Numbered from the stretch's first letter, positions 27,704-37,369 are shown. The stretch: DNA of 64,000 bases from Chlamydiae bacterium CG10_big_fil_rev_8_21_14_0_10_42_34 (GCA_002773795.1 PFAD01000008.1:61699-125698); one strand, 5' to 3'. The notes: a model not told the origin generated them from the letters alone. Program-made: numbers and translations.

Positions 27704-28246
27704 GTGAAGTATTTTACAGTCATTTGCCTCTCACTTTTCAGCTCTCATCTTTTTGCATTAGCCCCATATGAAAGAGAGTGTGAGATATATAAGCAATATA
27801 CGTATGTAACTGTTGGCGGTGGACCCCTTCCCTATCCGATTCCAACACTTAGCGGAGGCTATCGCACTCAAAATACAAGCTATGGCTTCGATTTAAATGC
27901 TGCGGTTGTTTTGGTTGCACCTACCCGAATTGCTACAAAGTTTGCAGGAAGGTATCTACACTATTTCAATCCCAATATCGGCCCTCAAGTATATGCAGGC
28001 ATTGGTGCAGCGATTAGCCCTATTTTTTCTTGGAAATCAAGTGCGAATTGGGCGGGACTTGGAATCTCCCCCGAACTTCTGATTGGAAGAGAGCATTTTT
28101 CTGAAAATGGGGGAACAAGATTCTGGGAGATCGTGATTGATTTCCCCACATACAGCACCGATGAGAAGGCTTATAAGTGGGGAGGAGCTTGGGAGCATGT
28201 TGTCTATTTCCCTTATGTCTATTTCCAATATGGTTGGGGTTTTTAA
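27704..28246 (+). CDS. Putative small outer-membrane beta-barrel protein
   Basis: Start moved to GTG 27704; signal peptide, aromatic/Gly alternation, C-terminal YFQYGWGF. Confidence 0.6.
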   Translation: MKYFTVICLSLFSSHLFALAPYERECEIYKQYTYVTVGGGPLPYPIPTLSGGYRTQNTSYGFDLNAAVVLVAPTRIATKFAGRYLHYFNPNIGPQVYAGIGAAISPIFSWKSSANWAGLGISPELLIGREHFSENGGTRFWEIVIDFPTYSTDEKAYKWGGAWEHVVYFPYVYFQYGWGF

Positions 28247-29580
28247 TAGACGTAAGGGATGAATTTATAGGGCACTGTTTTACAATAAGTGTCCCAATCT
28301 TTCCCGTATTTCTTTTCGCATCTTTTTGTGTCTCTATGGTAGCGATGGACAATCATCGATACAAAAAACAGGGGATAGAGGTAGGGTAAAAAGCTTGAAA
28401 AGCCACAACTTAGTCCCCAACAAAGAGCCATCAAAGTATCTGCAGCATAGTGTATTTTTCTTCCATAACGGTACCATCCATCGACTAAGATCGGATCTCC
28501 CTGTGCTGTCTTAATAAACTTGGGGTTTTTAAGGGTTCCCCAGGGAAGTTGCGGAAATGTATTGCGCTTGACAAATGTACCACGCAGTTGCATCCGAAAA
28601 CGGTTCTTCTGGCTGTTTGCTGTATCCCAAACGTAGTAGGCAAACAAAAGAAGCGCAAAAAGGGCTATAAGAGCAGGAGTTGAAAACTGCGGGTTGTTCT
28701 TTAAGATATAAAAAGATTGGAAGCAGTAAACAAAGGGGACGCCAACAAAATTCCAAAAAATCAACATCCAACCAAATTTTTCATGAAAGATATCCCAAGT
28801 TGTAGGGATGCACTCCTCTCCTTTCATGCAAGCATTTGTATACAACCCATGCGCTACGATCATCAAGATCATTGGGCCCGAAACTGCACCATAGATCTCA
28901 TATTGTTTTGCAGCAGCAGATAGGGTCAGGAAAAAAAGGAGAATCCAAGGGATCCGAATTTCAGCAAACAGCTTGATGTCCACTTTTCCAAGCCTTGGAT
29001 TGAGAACGGTTCCCATGAAAAGATCATAGATTGGATTACCACTAGGAGTATGCATTTTTTTAGAAACAATGGAGCCAAAATAAAGCCCAAGAGTTAAAAG
29101 GTTTGCAAAAATGATCCCAACAGTGATCAAAGATCCCATGTGATCTGCTAAAGCTGTAAGGGGAAAGATTCCTGTGTAATTCAAAATAGCAGCAGCTATG
29201 AGTGTGATATACCAACTCCCAATTCCATTGCATAAGTAGCTAAGCTGTCGATTATTTTCCGATGGAACAGGAAGCCCTTTTACTTGTAGTCCTGGCACAA
29301 AGCGCGCCAAAAGATATTGGAAAAAGACAAATCCAAGATAAATGGCCGCTGCATGAGCTGTGGGAGCTGCCCCTTGAAGTACATAGCTAAGCAGTTGCCC
29401 TAGGAAGGGGAGCGTTTCATTTAGGGATTGGGGTAAGGGGAGCGACCCGCTGAAATAGGTGAGTGAAATCCAAAGATAATAAACGAGCGAATGGGAAAAT
29501 AAGATAATAAAAAAAGCCCCGATAGGCCCGCCAAATTCGTACTCTTTTGTCTTTGCATTTGATAGCGTATTGCTGTTCAT
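28243..29580 (-). CDS. Sterol reductase, ERG4/ERG24 family (closest by motif to fungal Delta24(24(1)) ERG4)
   Basis: EYEFGGP, GTVLNPRLG, DIKLFAE, KGEECIPTTWDIFHEKFGWMLIFWN, NSQKNRFR, LVDGWY..RKIHY.AD, KYGKDW..YC..VPY. Confidence 0.92.
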   Translation of the reverse strand: MNSNTLSNAKTKEYEFGGPIGAFFIILFSHSLVYYLWISLTYFSGSLPLPQSLNETLPFLGQLLSYVLQGAAPTAHAAAIYLGFVFFQYLLARFVPGLQVKGLPVPSENNRQLSYLCNGIGSWYITLIAAAILNYTGIFPLTALADHMGSLITVGIIFANLLTLGLYFGSIVSKKMHTPSGNPIYDLFMGTVLNPRLGKVDIKLFAEIRIPWILLFFLTLSAAAKQYEIYGAVSGPMILMIVAHGLYTNACMKGEECIPTTWDIFHEKFGWMLIFWNFVGVPFVYCFQSFYILKNNPQFSTPALIALFALLLFAYYVWDTANSQKNRFRMQLRGTFVKRNTFPQLPWGTLKNPKFIKTAQGDPILVDGWYRYGRKIHYAADTLMALCWGLSCGFSSFLPYLYPLFFVSMIVHRYHRDTKRCEKKYGKDWDTYCKTVPYKFIPYVY

Positions 29581-29763
29581 TAGTCACTCTTAAGTTTATT
29601 TTGTATCATAAGATCTTAAATATGTGTGTTTTGGTCAAGAGAGAAGTTGACTATGCATAAATGTATTCACAAACCAACTTTTGCTTTTATTTGTGTATAA
29701 AACAGTTTGCATTTTAGAAATTGTTTTGGCTTATAAATTTTTAGGTCTTGTATATACGAGTAT

Positions 29764-31098
29764 ATGCTTAAGAAATACCCTAAAACGTTTCGTACGCTAC
29801 TCAATATCTTCATCGTTATGTTTTTTTCCGGAATTCTTTGGTTTAACCCTACTGTTCTTGTTCGTACAATTTCTTTTTTTGAAAATGGAGCTTTCGGTTT
29901 GCAGTTAAGATATAACCACAAGCCAGTGACAGCCGATACACCCATTACAATTGTTGCGATCGATGACAAAAGTATACAAGAACAGGGGCAATGGCCCTGG
30001 GCAAGGAAAAAAATTGGATCTGTTTTAACTAAGCTATTTGACTTGGGCGCCTCCGTAATTGCTGTAGACGTTATGTTTTCTGAAAAAGAGGACAATCCTT
30101 TAGAGGAAGTTCTTCAAGAATTAGGGCCAACATTTCCTCAAAGGGCGCAGCTCGAAGAAAAAAGGGAGATGTTTGACGGGGATCTTGATTTCGCGAAGGC
30201 CTTAGAAAAGGGGAAATCTGTTTTAAGCTTTGTGTTGACTCGTGGTGGGAAAGACATAGGGTTGCTTCCACCCGCTTTGCAAGGAATTTCTAAGAAGACT
30301 TTTCAGCAGTTGCATATACCTGAAATGGAAAATTATATCGGCAATATTACCGTTTTACAACGGGCTGCAAAACATGGGGGACTCATTAATTCGACACCCG
30401 ATCGAGATGGAGTGGTTAGATACGCCCCTTTGATGCTCGGCTATAAAGGAAATCTCTATCCATCGCTTTCTTTAGAATCTGTTCGACTGTTTCTCAATGA
30501 AAATTCGATCGATTTTAATCTAGCTGCCTACGGAAAAGAAGAAGTTCTTGAAGGGGTTTTTTTAGGACCTCAATTGATCCCTACAGATCCATATGGAAGG
30601 GTTTTAATCCCGTTTCATGGGGGGCCTTACTCATTTCAGTATGTTTCCGCATCAGAAGTGCTATCAGACTCTGTCTTGCGGGAAAAGATAGAGAACAAAA
30701 TTATTTTTATTGGACTTTCTGCAACAGCTTTTGGAGATTTAATTCCAACTCCTGTTTCCTCGATATTTCCAGCTGTTGAGGTGCATGCAAATCTGGCTGC
30801 ATCGATGATCGACGGCTTTTTCCCTATTCGGCCACTGTGGGGGAAAGGATTTGAACTTGTCCACATTATAGTAGTTGGTCTTTTGTGTGCGTTTTTGTTA
30901 CCTCGAATGGGCCCCATCCGGGCAACTCTTTTTGCGGTAGCTCTCACCGCCTTACTTTTAGCGATCAATCGATGGATATGTCTTAAATATCAGCTCTATT
31001 TGCCAATTATTTTTCCTCTTTTTGTCCTTTACGTGCAGTTTTTTGCCAGTCTTGTTACAGGGCTATTAGTTGCCCACAAATCACATCATAGAAGTTAG
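29764..31098 (+). CDS. CHASE2 sensor-domain membrane protein with no cytoplasmic output domain
   Basis: IVAIDDKSI...WPWARK, AVDVMFSE, DRDGVVR, YPSLSL, PTPVS...PAVEVHANL, then three TM helices and a stop. Confidence 0.85.
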   Translation: MLKKYPKTFRTLLNIFIVMFFSGILWFNPTVLVRTISFFENGAFGLQLRYNHKPVTADTPITIVAIDDKSIQEQGQWPWARKKIGSVLTKLFDLGASVIAVDVMFSEKEDNPLEEVLQELGPTFPQRAQLEEKREMFDGDLDFAKALEKGKSVLSFVLTRGGKDIGLLPPALQGISKKTFQQLHIPEMENYIGNITVLQRAAKHGGLINSTPDRDGVVRYAPLMLGYKGNLYPSLSLESVRLFLNENSIDFNLAAYGKEEVLEGVFLGPQLIPTDPYGRVLIPFHGGPYSFQYVSASEVLSDSVLREKIENKIIFIGLSATAFGDLIPTPVSSIFPAVEVHANLAASMIDGFFPIRPLWGKGFELVHIIVVGLLCAFLLPRMGPIRATLFAVALTALLLAINRWICLKYQLYLPIIFPLFVLYVQFFASLVTGLLVAHKSHHRS

Positions 31099-32087
31099 CT
31101 GAGTTGCAAGAGTGTGAGAAGCAGATATGCGAATGCACCGACAATTCCAGCTGCAGGAAGGGTCAAAGCCCAGGTAATTATAAACTTTTGCGGGACTTTC
31201 CAACTCACAGCCTTGTGACTTTTTGCAGTCCCTACGCCTGTAATGCTCCCAGCCACCATTTGTGTTGAACTGACCGGCATCCCTAAAAAGCTCGCGCTCA
31301 AGATCACGGCAGAGGCTGACGTTTCAGCGGCAAACCCTTGCGCAGGCTCAATTTTCGTGATTGAATAGCCCATCGTTTTAATGATTCTAAATCCCCCTGT
31401 TGCAGTGCCTATCCCCATTGTGAGGGCGCAAGCAAGGATGACCCAAAGAGGAATAGTTGGGGTGGATAGATAGCCCCCTGTAAAAAGTCCGAGCGTAATA
31501 ATCCCCATACTTTTTTGGGCATCGTTGAGCCCATGGGCCAATGCAACAAAGCAAGCCGAGCCGATCTGAAGGTGACGGAAGAACTTTTGTCCATGATCTT
31601 GATGCCTGTATCGGAGGTAGGCATAGAGCCCTTTCATGAGGAGAAACGCGAGAGTAAATCCGATGAGTGGGCTAAAGACCATGGGGAGCAGCACTTTGCC
31701 AATCACCCCATTCCAGATGATGGCCTCAAGGCCTTGATGCATAACTGATGCGCCAAGAAGTCCGCCGATTAGAGCGTATGAAGAGCTACTTGGAATGGCG
31801 AAGTACCAGGCTGTGAAGTTCCAAACAATGCCTCCGATGACGGCTGAAAGGACAACAACTTGGGATGTTGCTGTTGCATCGACAAGGCCTGTGGCGATGG
31901 TTTGGGCAACGCCACTTAGCTGGGTTGCTCCTATGAAATTGAGGACCCCTGCCATCACTATGGCTGAAAGTGGAGATAGCGCCCCTGTCGCGATCACGGT
32001 TGCGACCACATTAGCTGCGTCTTGGAAGCCATTTGTATAGTCGAAGAGGAGACCCAAAACGACGATCAAAATGATGAGTATTTCCAT
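31095..32087 (-). CDS. pit: Inorganic phosphate transporter, PiT family
   Basis: NGFQDAAN, AHGLNDAQKSMG, GGFRIIKTMG, PVSSTQ. Confidence 0.93.
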   Translation of the reverse strand: MEILIILIVVLGLLFDYTNGFQDAANVVATVIATGALSPLSAIVMAGVLNFIGATQLSGVAQTIATGLVDATATSQVVVLSAVIGGIVWNFTAWYFAIPSSSSYALIGGLLGASVMHQGLEAIIWNGVIGKVLLPMVFSPLIGFTLAFLLMKGLYAYLRYRHQDHGQKFFRHLQIGSACFVALAHGLNDAQKSMGIITLGLFTGGYLSTPTIPLWVILACALTMGIGTATGGFRIIKTMGYSITKIEPAQGFAAETSASAVILSASFLGMPVSSTQMVAGSITGVGTAKSHKAVSWKVPQKFIITWALTLPAAGIVGAFAYLLLTLLQLS

Positions 32088-32135
32088 AAATTTAACCTTT
32101 GCACAAATGGGGATTTTTGGCACCATGCTACTTCG

Positions 32136-32242
32136 TGAACCGATCTCGAACCCATTTTTCGTTGAATGTAGATTTTTTGAGCCTTCTTTCGAAGTGAAAA
32201 ATCAGTGCAAAAGAACCGAAGAATTTGATTGAGATCGATTCA
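32136..32242. repeat. Degenerate palindromic element related to 21595-21764
   Basis: Terminal IR TGAACCGATCTCGA / TTGAGATCGATTCA (12/14); shares GGTTCTTTTG (minus strand) with the 21.6-kb element. Confidence 0.6.
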
Positions 32243-32261
32243 TTAAACCAGGAGAAGTTTC

Positions 32262-32813
32262 ATGAAGAAATTCTTATGCCTTTTAATGGGCTTGTTTATT
32301 CCAATATCTATGATTACAGCAGAGGAGAGTGAAGTAGTGAATCAACCGATTGTTATTTTTGAAACGAATTTAGGGAACTTTGAAATCACGCTAAAGCCAG
32401 ATGTGGCACCAAAGACTTGTGAGAATTTTCTAGGTCTCGTTGCAAAGGGATACTACGATGGACTCATTTTCCATCGAGTGATTAAAAACTTTATGATCCA
32501 AGGGGGCGATCCCACTGGAACAGGTGCTGGTGGTGAGTCAATTTGGGGCAAATCTTTTGAGGACGAGTGCAAGGCTGATGTCAAATTTGACAAGCCAGGT
32601 CTTCTTGCGATGGCTAATCGTGGCCCAAATACGAATGGAAGTCAGTTCTTCATCACGACAGCACTGACTCCTTGGCTCAATATGCGTCATACAATTTTTG
32701 GCGAAGTGACCACAGGTTACGATATTGTCAAGAAAATGGAGAGCTCTCCTACAGCGACAGGCGATCGTCCCGTAGAGCCGATCAAAATCAAAAAAGCATA
32801 CTTAAAAGCTTAA
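32262..32813 (+). CDS. ppiA: Cyclophilin-type peptidyl-prolyl isomerase
   Basis: FHRVIKNFMIQGGDPTGTG, LAMANRGPNTNGSQFFIT, HTIFGEV. Confidence 0.96.
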   Translation: MKKFLCLLMGLFIPISMITAEESEVVNQPIVIFETNLGNFEITLKPDVAPKTCENFLGLVAKGYYDGLIFHRVIKNFMIQGGDPTGTGAGGESIWGKSFEDECKADVKFDKPGLLAMANRGPNTNGSQFFITTALTPWLNMRHTIFGEVTTGYDIVKKMESSPTATGDRPVEPIKIKKAYLKA

Positions 32814-32820
32814 CTGATTT

Positions 32821-32838
32821 AGGGGGAGCAATCCCCCT
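32821..32838. terminator. Intrinsic, probably bidirectional, terminator hairpin
   Basis: AGGGGGA-GCAA-TCCCCCT perfect 7-bp stem between the convergent ppiA and NCS2 genes. Confidence 0.7.
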
Positions 32839-32841
32839 CAT

Positions 32842-34077
32842 TTAGAAATGCTTTGTGGCAAGCGCCCAAGAAAGGTGCGCTGCAAAAATGATCGCAAGCG
32901 CCCAACAAACAGGGTGCACATCTTTCCACTGTCCTTTGAGTCCCTTTAAAAGGGCATAAGAGACAAATCCAAACGCAAAACCTCTATAGATACTAAATGT
33001 TAGCGGTATTGTGATAAGCGTTAGCATAGCTGGGATCGATTCTGTGTAATCGCGCCAGCGGATTTGCTTGATTTCTGTTAACATAAAGAGCCCAATTGCT
33101 ATCAAAACAGGAACGGTTGCAAAGTAGGGGATCGATGAGATCAGAGGGTAGAAAAAAAGGCCGATCATACAGCAAGTTGCAGCTACAATCGCACAAATAC
33201 CCGTCCTTCCTCCCGCTTTGATCCCAGATGACGATTCCAATGTAAACGCAAGTGTCCCTGTCCCCAAAAGAGCGCCCAACATACTGCCAGGTCCATCTGG
33301 TATGACAATGCGGTCGATATCTTTAATTTTTCCACTTTTGTCGAATTTGTGGGCCAGCTTTGAAAGAGCAGTAAGCGATGCACTCGTATCAAATAGACAG
33401 ATGAGCGTCACCGATAAAAGGGTCCCAAACCACTTGAACTCAAGTGAGGAGAGGAGATCTAGTTTCATAAATGTTGGGGTAACAGGGGAGGGTAAAGCTG
33501 CAATTCCGTTATATGAAACATACCCAAATGGGATCGAGATGATCCAGCATGACAAGATCGTGATCAAAAAAGCGGTAGTGATTTTAAAGTGGTGAAGAGT
33601 GAAAAAAAGGATGAGTCCAAAGAGGACGATGGCATTTGGTGTGTTGAAAATTGGTTCATTCAGGATGTTGAGCTCTTTGAGACCTACGGTGATTAAAAAA
33701 AGACCAATCCCTCCAATGGAGGCGGCTTTTATCGAAATGGGGAGATGCAGGAGGATCTTTTGTCTTACTTTAAAGATACTTAGAAAGAAGATAACCAGTC
33801 CTGACCAAAAAACGATTCCAAGTGCAATTTCCCATGTGGCTTGCTGTTTTTGAATCACCGAATAGACGAGGAAAGGGCCTACACTAAGCCCTGGCGCTAA
33901 AAGGGCTGGGAAATTGGCATAAAGTCCTAAGAAAATAGTAGAAATTACAATGGTTAAAATCGTGGCAGTTAATGCCGAGCCAAAGTCAACCCCTCCATCG
34001 CTTAAGATTTTAGGGTAAAGCAAGATGAGGTACGCTACAGTAAAAAATGTGGAAATACCTGCTATGATTTCTTTCAT
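32842..34077 (-). CDS. NCS2/AzgA-family nucleobase permease
   Basis: EIIAGISTFFTVAYLI, APGLS, ESSSGIKAGGRTG, IPLTFSIYRG. Confidence 0.9.
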   Translation of the reverse strand: MKEIIAGISTFFTVAYLILLYPKILSDGGVDFGSALTATILTIVISTIFLGLYANFPALLAPGLSVGPFLVYSVIQKQQATWEIALGIVFWSGLVIFFLSIFKVRQKILLHLPISIKAASIGGIGLFLITVGLKELNILNEPIFNTPNAIVLFGLILFFTLHHFKITTAFLITILSCWIISIPFGYVSYNGIAALPSPVTPTFMKLDLLSSLEFKWFGTLLSVTLICLFDTSASLTALSKLAHKFDKSGKIKDIDRIVIPDGPGSMLGALLGTGTLAFTLESSSGIKAGGRTGICAIVAATCCMIGLFFYPLISSIPYFATVPVLIAIGLFMLTEIKQIRWRDYTESIPAMLTLITIPLTFSIYRGFAFGFVSYALLKGLKGQWKDVHPVCWALAIIFAAHLSWALATKHF

Positions 34078-34194
34078 GAAAAATGATCCTATATTGTGAT
34101 TTTATTTATACCGCAATGTACAAAACAAAGCGAAAAATTCCTCGCTCTGATAAAATTTTTTTTTGTGCAAATTTGATTTCAAGGGAGAAAAAAA

Positions 34195-34587
34195 ATGGAT
34201 CATGTTCAAATCGATTTGTTGACTGTACTGATAGCGGCAATACTTAATATGGTGATTGGCTATTTCTGGTATTCTAAATGGCTGTTTGGTTCAAATCGAT
34301 CCATACTGAGCAAGCTTGGCGTCAGCAAAATGAGTAAATTTAGCTGGATCTATGGCTCTATTGTTTCCTTGGTCATCGCCTACTTTTTGGCGTATTTCGA
34401 AGCATACCTTGGAATTACCTCAGTCACTGATGGGATGTTTGTCGGCTTTTGCTTTTGGTTAGGCTTTGTCGCTACCACCCAAATTTCTGCTGTTATTTGG
34501 GAAGGGCACTCGTTTCAATCATTTTTAATTAATACAGGCTGTAAACTCCTCTCGTTTTTGGCAATGAGTGGCTTGATTGGTGCTTGA
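34195..34587 (+). CDS. DUF1761-type membrane protein
   Basis: AAILNMVIGYFWYS.WLFG, GFCFWLGF, FLINTG. Confidence 0.7.
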   Translation: MDHVQIDLLTVLIAAILNMVIGYFWYSKWLFGSNRSILSKLGVSKMSKFSWIYGSIVSLVIAYFLAYFEAYLGITSVTDGMFVGFCFWLGFVATTQISAVIWEGHSFQSFLINTGCKLLSFLAMSGLIGA

Positions 34588-34625
34588 TTTACGATCGTTA
34601 GACTGACTACTGAAGGAAATTGACT

Positions 34626-35933
34626 ATGACAACGAACAAACCAAAAAAACTTCTGATTATTACTTCAAGTGGAGGTGGTGGACTTCTTCAAACAGCCAAT
34701 GCTAAGCAGCAGCAGGCATTAGCTAAAGACCCAACATTGACTATTATCAAGCGTGATTTGCTCAAAGACTGGATCTGGACACCTATCGGGAACTATTTCA
34801 TCAACTTTTGGAATAATTCCCAAAAAAAAGGGAGCATGCTTGGTCAAAAGATCTGCGTCTTTTGCCAAACATATATTGATTATCTTTTGCACCCGATTAT
34901 CTTCTTCTACGCACTTTACACAGTTTTTAAAGAAGATGTGGACCATGTGATTGATACCCAGCCATTGGGAACTTCTGCGATCATTAAGGCTTTAAGAATC
35001 TTCAATCGTGTGAAACAAAAACACGTTCGTTTAGAAAAGGTGCTTGTTGATTTGCCTACCAAAAAAGCAACCCACTTTTTCAGCCCTATTAAAAAATTAT
35101 CAAAAAACAGTCGTCCCTTATTGCAATTAACAACAATTGCACCTCTTTTAGAAGATGGAGAGACCGCAGAAGACTTTTGGCAACAAACATGTGGTCTGTC
35201 AGATGCAGAGATCAACTACGAAGATGCATACGTTCGGCAAGCATTTTTCAAGTATAAAGGGAAACCTAGAGCTTCTAAGACTATGAGTCTTACTATCCGC
35301 TATCAAAATGATGAAGAGCAACAACTCATGCGTCAAAGTTTTAAAAGAGGCCCCATTCGGAGTTTAGTTAAGTCGGAAGAGATCGAATTTTTTATCGAGC
35401 CTGAAGATCGGGTATTTACAGTTCTTTTAGGATCGCAGCCTGCAAAAAGGGCAACTCTCAACTATGCAAAAAATGCGATTGCTGTAGCTAAAGAAAACCC
35501 GAAGGCAAAGATCCACCTATTCATCTTTTGCGCAAATCATAAACAAAATAAAGAGACTTTGTTTAAGGGGGTATCTCAATTTGTTGACAGTGTCACCGAT
35601 TATCCGTTAAATCTTTCCATTGTCCCATTCTCGTTTCAAAAAGAAGATGTGATCGCTCCGCTATTTTTTAGAAGCGATGTGACATGTACTCGTTCAGGGG
35701 GACAAACAGCCATGGAGCTAATGAGTGTAAGTACAGGGGAAATCTGGATCCATTCTGAGGCAAAGCCAAATCAAAATCTCATTGAGGGAATCTCTGGTTG
35801 GGAAGCAGCTAGTGCCCTTTACTTACAAAAAATTCATGGGGCAAAGATCGTCACAACTTCAACATTCAATACGCAAGCAAGACGCCTTTTCCAAGGCGCC
35901 ATCGGTTGTGACGAAGACGTTAACTTTGCTTAA
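34626..35933 (+). CDS. GT-B glycosyltransferase-like protein (MurG/MGDG-synthase-like)
   Basis: ITSSGGGGLLQTANA at the N-terminus; SDVTCTRSGGQTAMEL at the C-terminus. Confidence 0.6.
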   Translation: MTTNKPKKLLIITSSGGGGLLQTANAKQQQALAKDPTLTIIKRDLLKDWIWTPIGNYFINFWNNSQKKGSMLGQKICVFCQTYIDYLLHPIIFFYALYTVFKEDVDHVIDTQPLGTSAIIKALRIFNRVKQKHVRLEKVLVDLPTKKATHFFSPIKKLSKNSRPLLQLTTIAPLLEDGETAEDFWQQTCGLSDAEINYEDAYVRQAFFKYKGKPRASKTMSLTIRYQNDEEQQLMRQSFKRGPIRSLVKSEEIEFFIEPEDRVFTVLLGSQPAKRATLNYAKNAIAVAKENPKAKIHLFIFCANHKQNKETLFKGVSQFVDSVTDYPLNLSIVPFSFQKEDVIAPLFFRSDVTCTRSGGQTAMELMSVSTGEIWIHSEAKPNQNLIEGISGWEAASALYLQKIHGAKIVTTSTFNTQARRLFQGAIGCDEDVNFA

Positions 35934-36699
35934 GGAAAAGATATTCGATGAGCTTGTCCCATTGAGCCCTATATACATGAAGCTCAATAATTCGCTGGTC
36001 TTTGCCCATTTGGAGAGCAAGGGATTGTGTGTATTTCAAAAGGTTTGCTTGGTTTTCGTTTAGCCCTTTTTTGATGCCGTCTTTTACTTCTTTTTTGATT
36101 ATGAAATTTCTATCTTTGAAAATTTTCAAGAAATGATCCTTCATTTCGATAAGAAGAGAAAAGGGGTGAACATTTGCGATCACTTTTTTTGGCTCGTCAT
36201 ACGATTTTCTGTTTTTTAGAAGATATTGTACTTCCGCCTTTGCTAGATCGCCGAAAATTTTAGTGGCAGCTACAAGCTCATCAGCAGTCAGTTTTGGAGG
36301 GGACTCGAATTGCTCTTTTTTCTCTTCTTCTACGTATGCAGTAGGGTGCGCTAGACTTGCGGGGGCTGTCGGTGGGGGAGCATGTTTTGGCCCTTCCTGC
36401 ACAGGAGCTGTGAGCGCGGGAGAGGGAGGCTGTGGGGCTTTAGCTTCTTTTAGGGATGCCGTTGGAGAATCTCTCATTTCTTCTAGAGGGGGTGAAGGAG
36501 GCTGACCTACATCTACAGTTAGGTGCGTGATTTTGCGCTTTTTATTAAAAGCGAAATATCCACCTCCTGCCACACAAGTGCCGAGAGCCAACATCGCAAG
36601 TTGATGCGCAAGATCCCAACTTTGGTAGCCGTGCTTTTCAGAAGGTTCTGTGAGCTCTGAATCATAGAGATCACTTGTTTCTATCGATGAAATTTCCAT
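35920..36699 (-). CDS. Hypothetical protein: TM helix, Pro-rich linker, C-terminal domain paralogous to the upstream gene
   Basis: Start ATG 36699 overlaps the upstream stop (TAATG); VHPFSLL...QWDKLIEYL. Confidence 0.7.
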   Translation of the reverse strand: MEISSIETSDLYDSELTEPSEKHGYQSWDLAHQLAMLALGTCVAGGGYFAFNKKRKITHLTVDVGQPPSPPLEEMRDSPTASLKEAKAPQPPSPALTAPVQEGPKHAPPPTAPASLAHPTAYVEEEKKEQFESPPKLTADELVAATKIFGDLAKAEVQYLLKNRKSYDEPKKVIANVHPFSLLIEMKDHFLKIFKDRNFIIKKEVKDGIKKGLNENQANLLKYTQSLALQMGKDQRIIELHVYRAQWDKLIEYLFLKQS

Positions 36700-37205
36700 T
36701 ATGCGTGGATCAGGTAAAGGACTAGGTTTTCCCAATCTTGCGCATCAAAATAGGGTTTAATGCTCTCTGGTGTGACATTTACCTCTTCTGCGAAATCGAC
36801 GAGGTATTGCTCAAGCTTGCCCTTGTTCGCTTCGCGAGTAAGTGATGGCACAAGTCCATCGAGTAAGCTAGTTCTTTTGAAATAATCGCCCCAAATCTGT
36901 GGCATACTCGCTTTGAGATCTTCTTTTGAAAAGATCGAGGATAAAAACTTTAGGGGATGGAGATGATTGATTTGAGCTCCAACTTCTTTCAAATGGGTCT
37001 GCTTAAACAGAAGAGTTATTTTGCCATTTTCAGCCATTGTATTGATGATTTCAGCGACATTGGCTTGGTCTTCCTCAGTGCATGTGAGCTCTTTAAAGGA
37101 GGTCTCAACTAATTTGGTAGGTGGTTTTTTGATGATCGATGCATCCATAGTTGTCGCACTCAAGGCGAGTAGAAGGATTAACGATAGGGAAGCGTTGAGT
37201 TTCAT
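36699..37205 (-). CDS. Exported hypothetical protein (chlamydial-type)
   Basis: Signal peptide; LHPLKFL...DWENLVLYL. Confidence 0.75.
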   Translation of the reverse strand: MKLNASLSLILLLALSATTMDASIIKKPPTKLVETSFKELTCTEEDQANVAEIINTMAENGKITLLFKQTHLKEVGAQINHLHPLKFLSSIFSKEDLKASMPQIWGDYFKRTSLLDGLVPSLTREANKGKLEQYLVDFAEEVNVTPESIKPYFDAQDWENLVLYLIHA

Positions 37206-37369
37206 AAGTTCTCCAAGTCTTTAGCCACTGAAGGCTTTTTTCTATGAGTCTAGCACTGTTTTTTAGCGCAAGGGCTGTTAAGTTTTCGGCAAATATATCT
37301 TAATCAATTTTTTACTTCTAGAATTTTGCAACCTTGCGGGGAATTTTTTAGGTGCGTATCCTATGAAGC

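Noticed and set aside
29667-30095. 142-aa minus-strand ORF
   Set aside because: Largely antisense to the CHASE2 gene; no motif.
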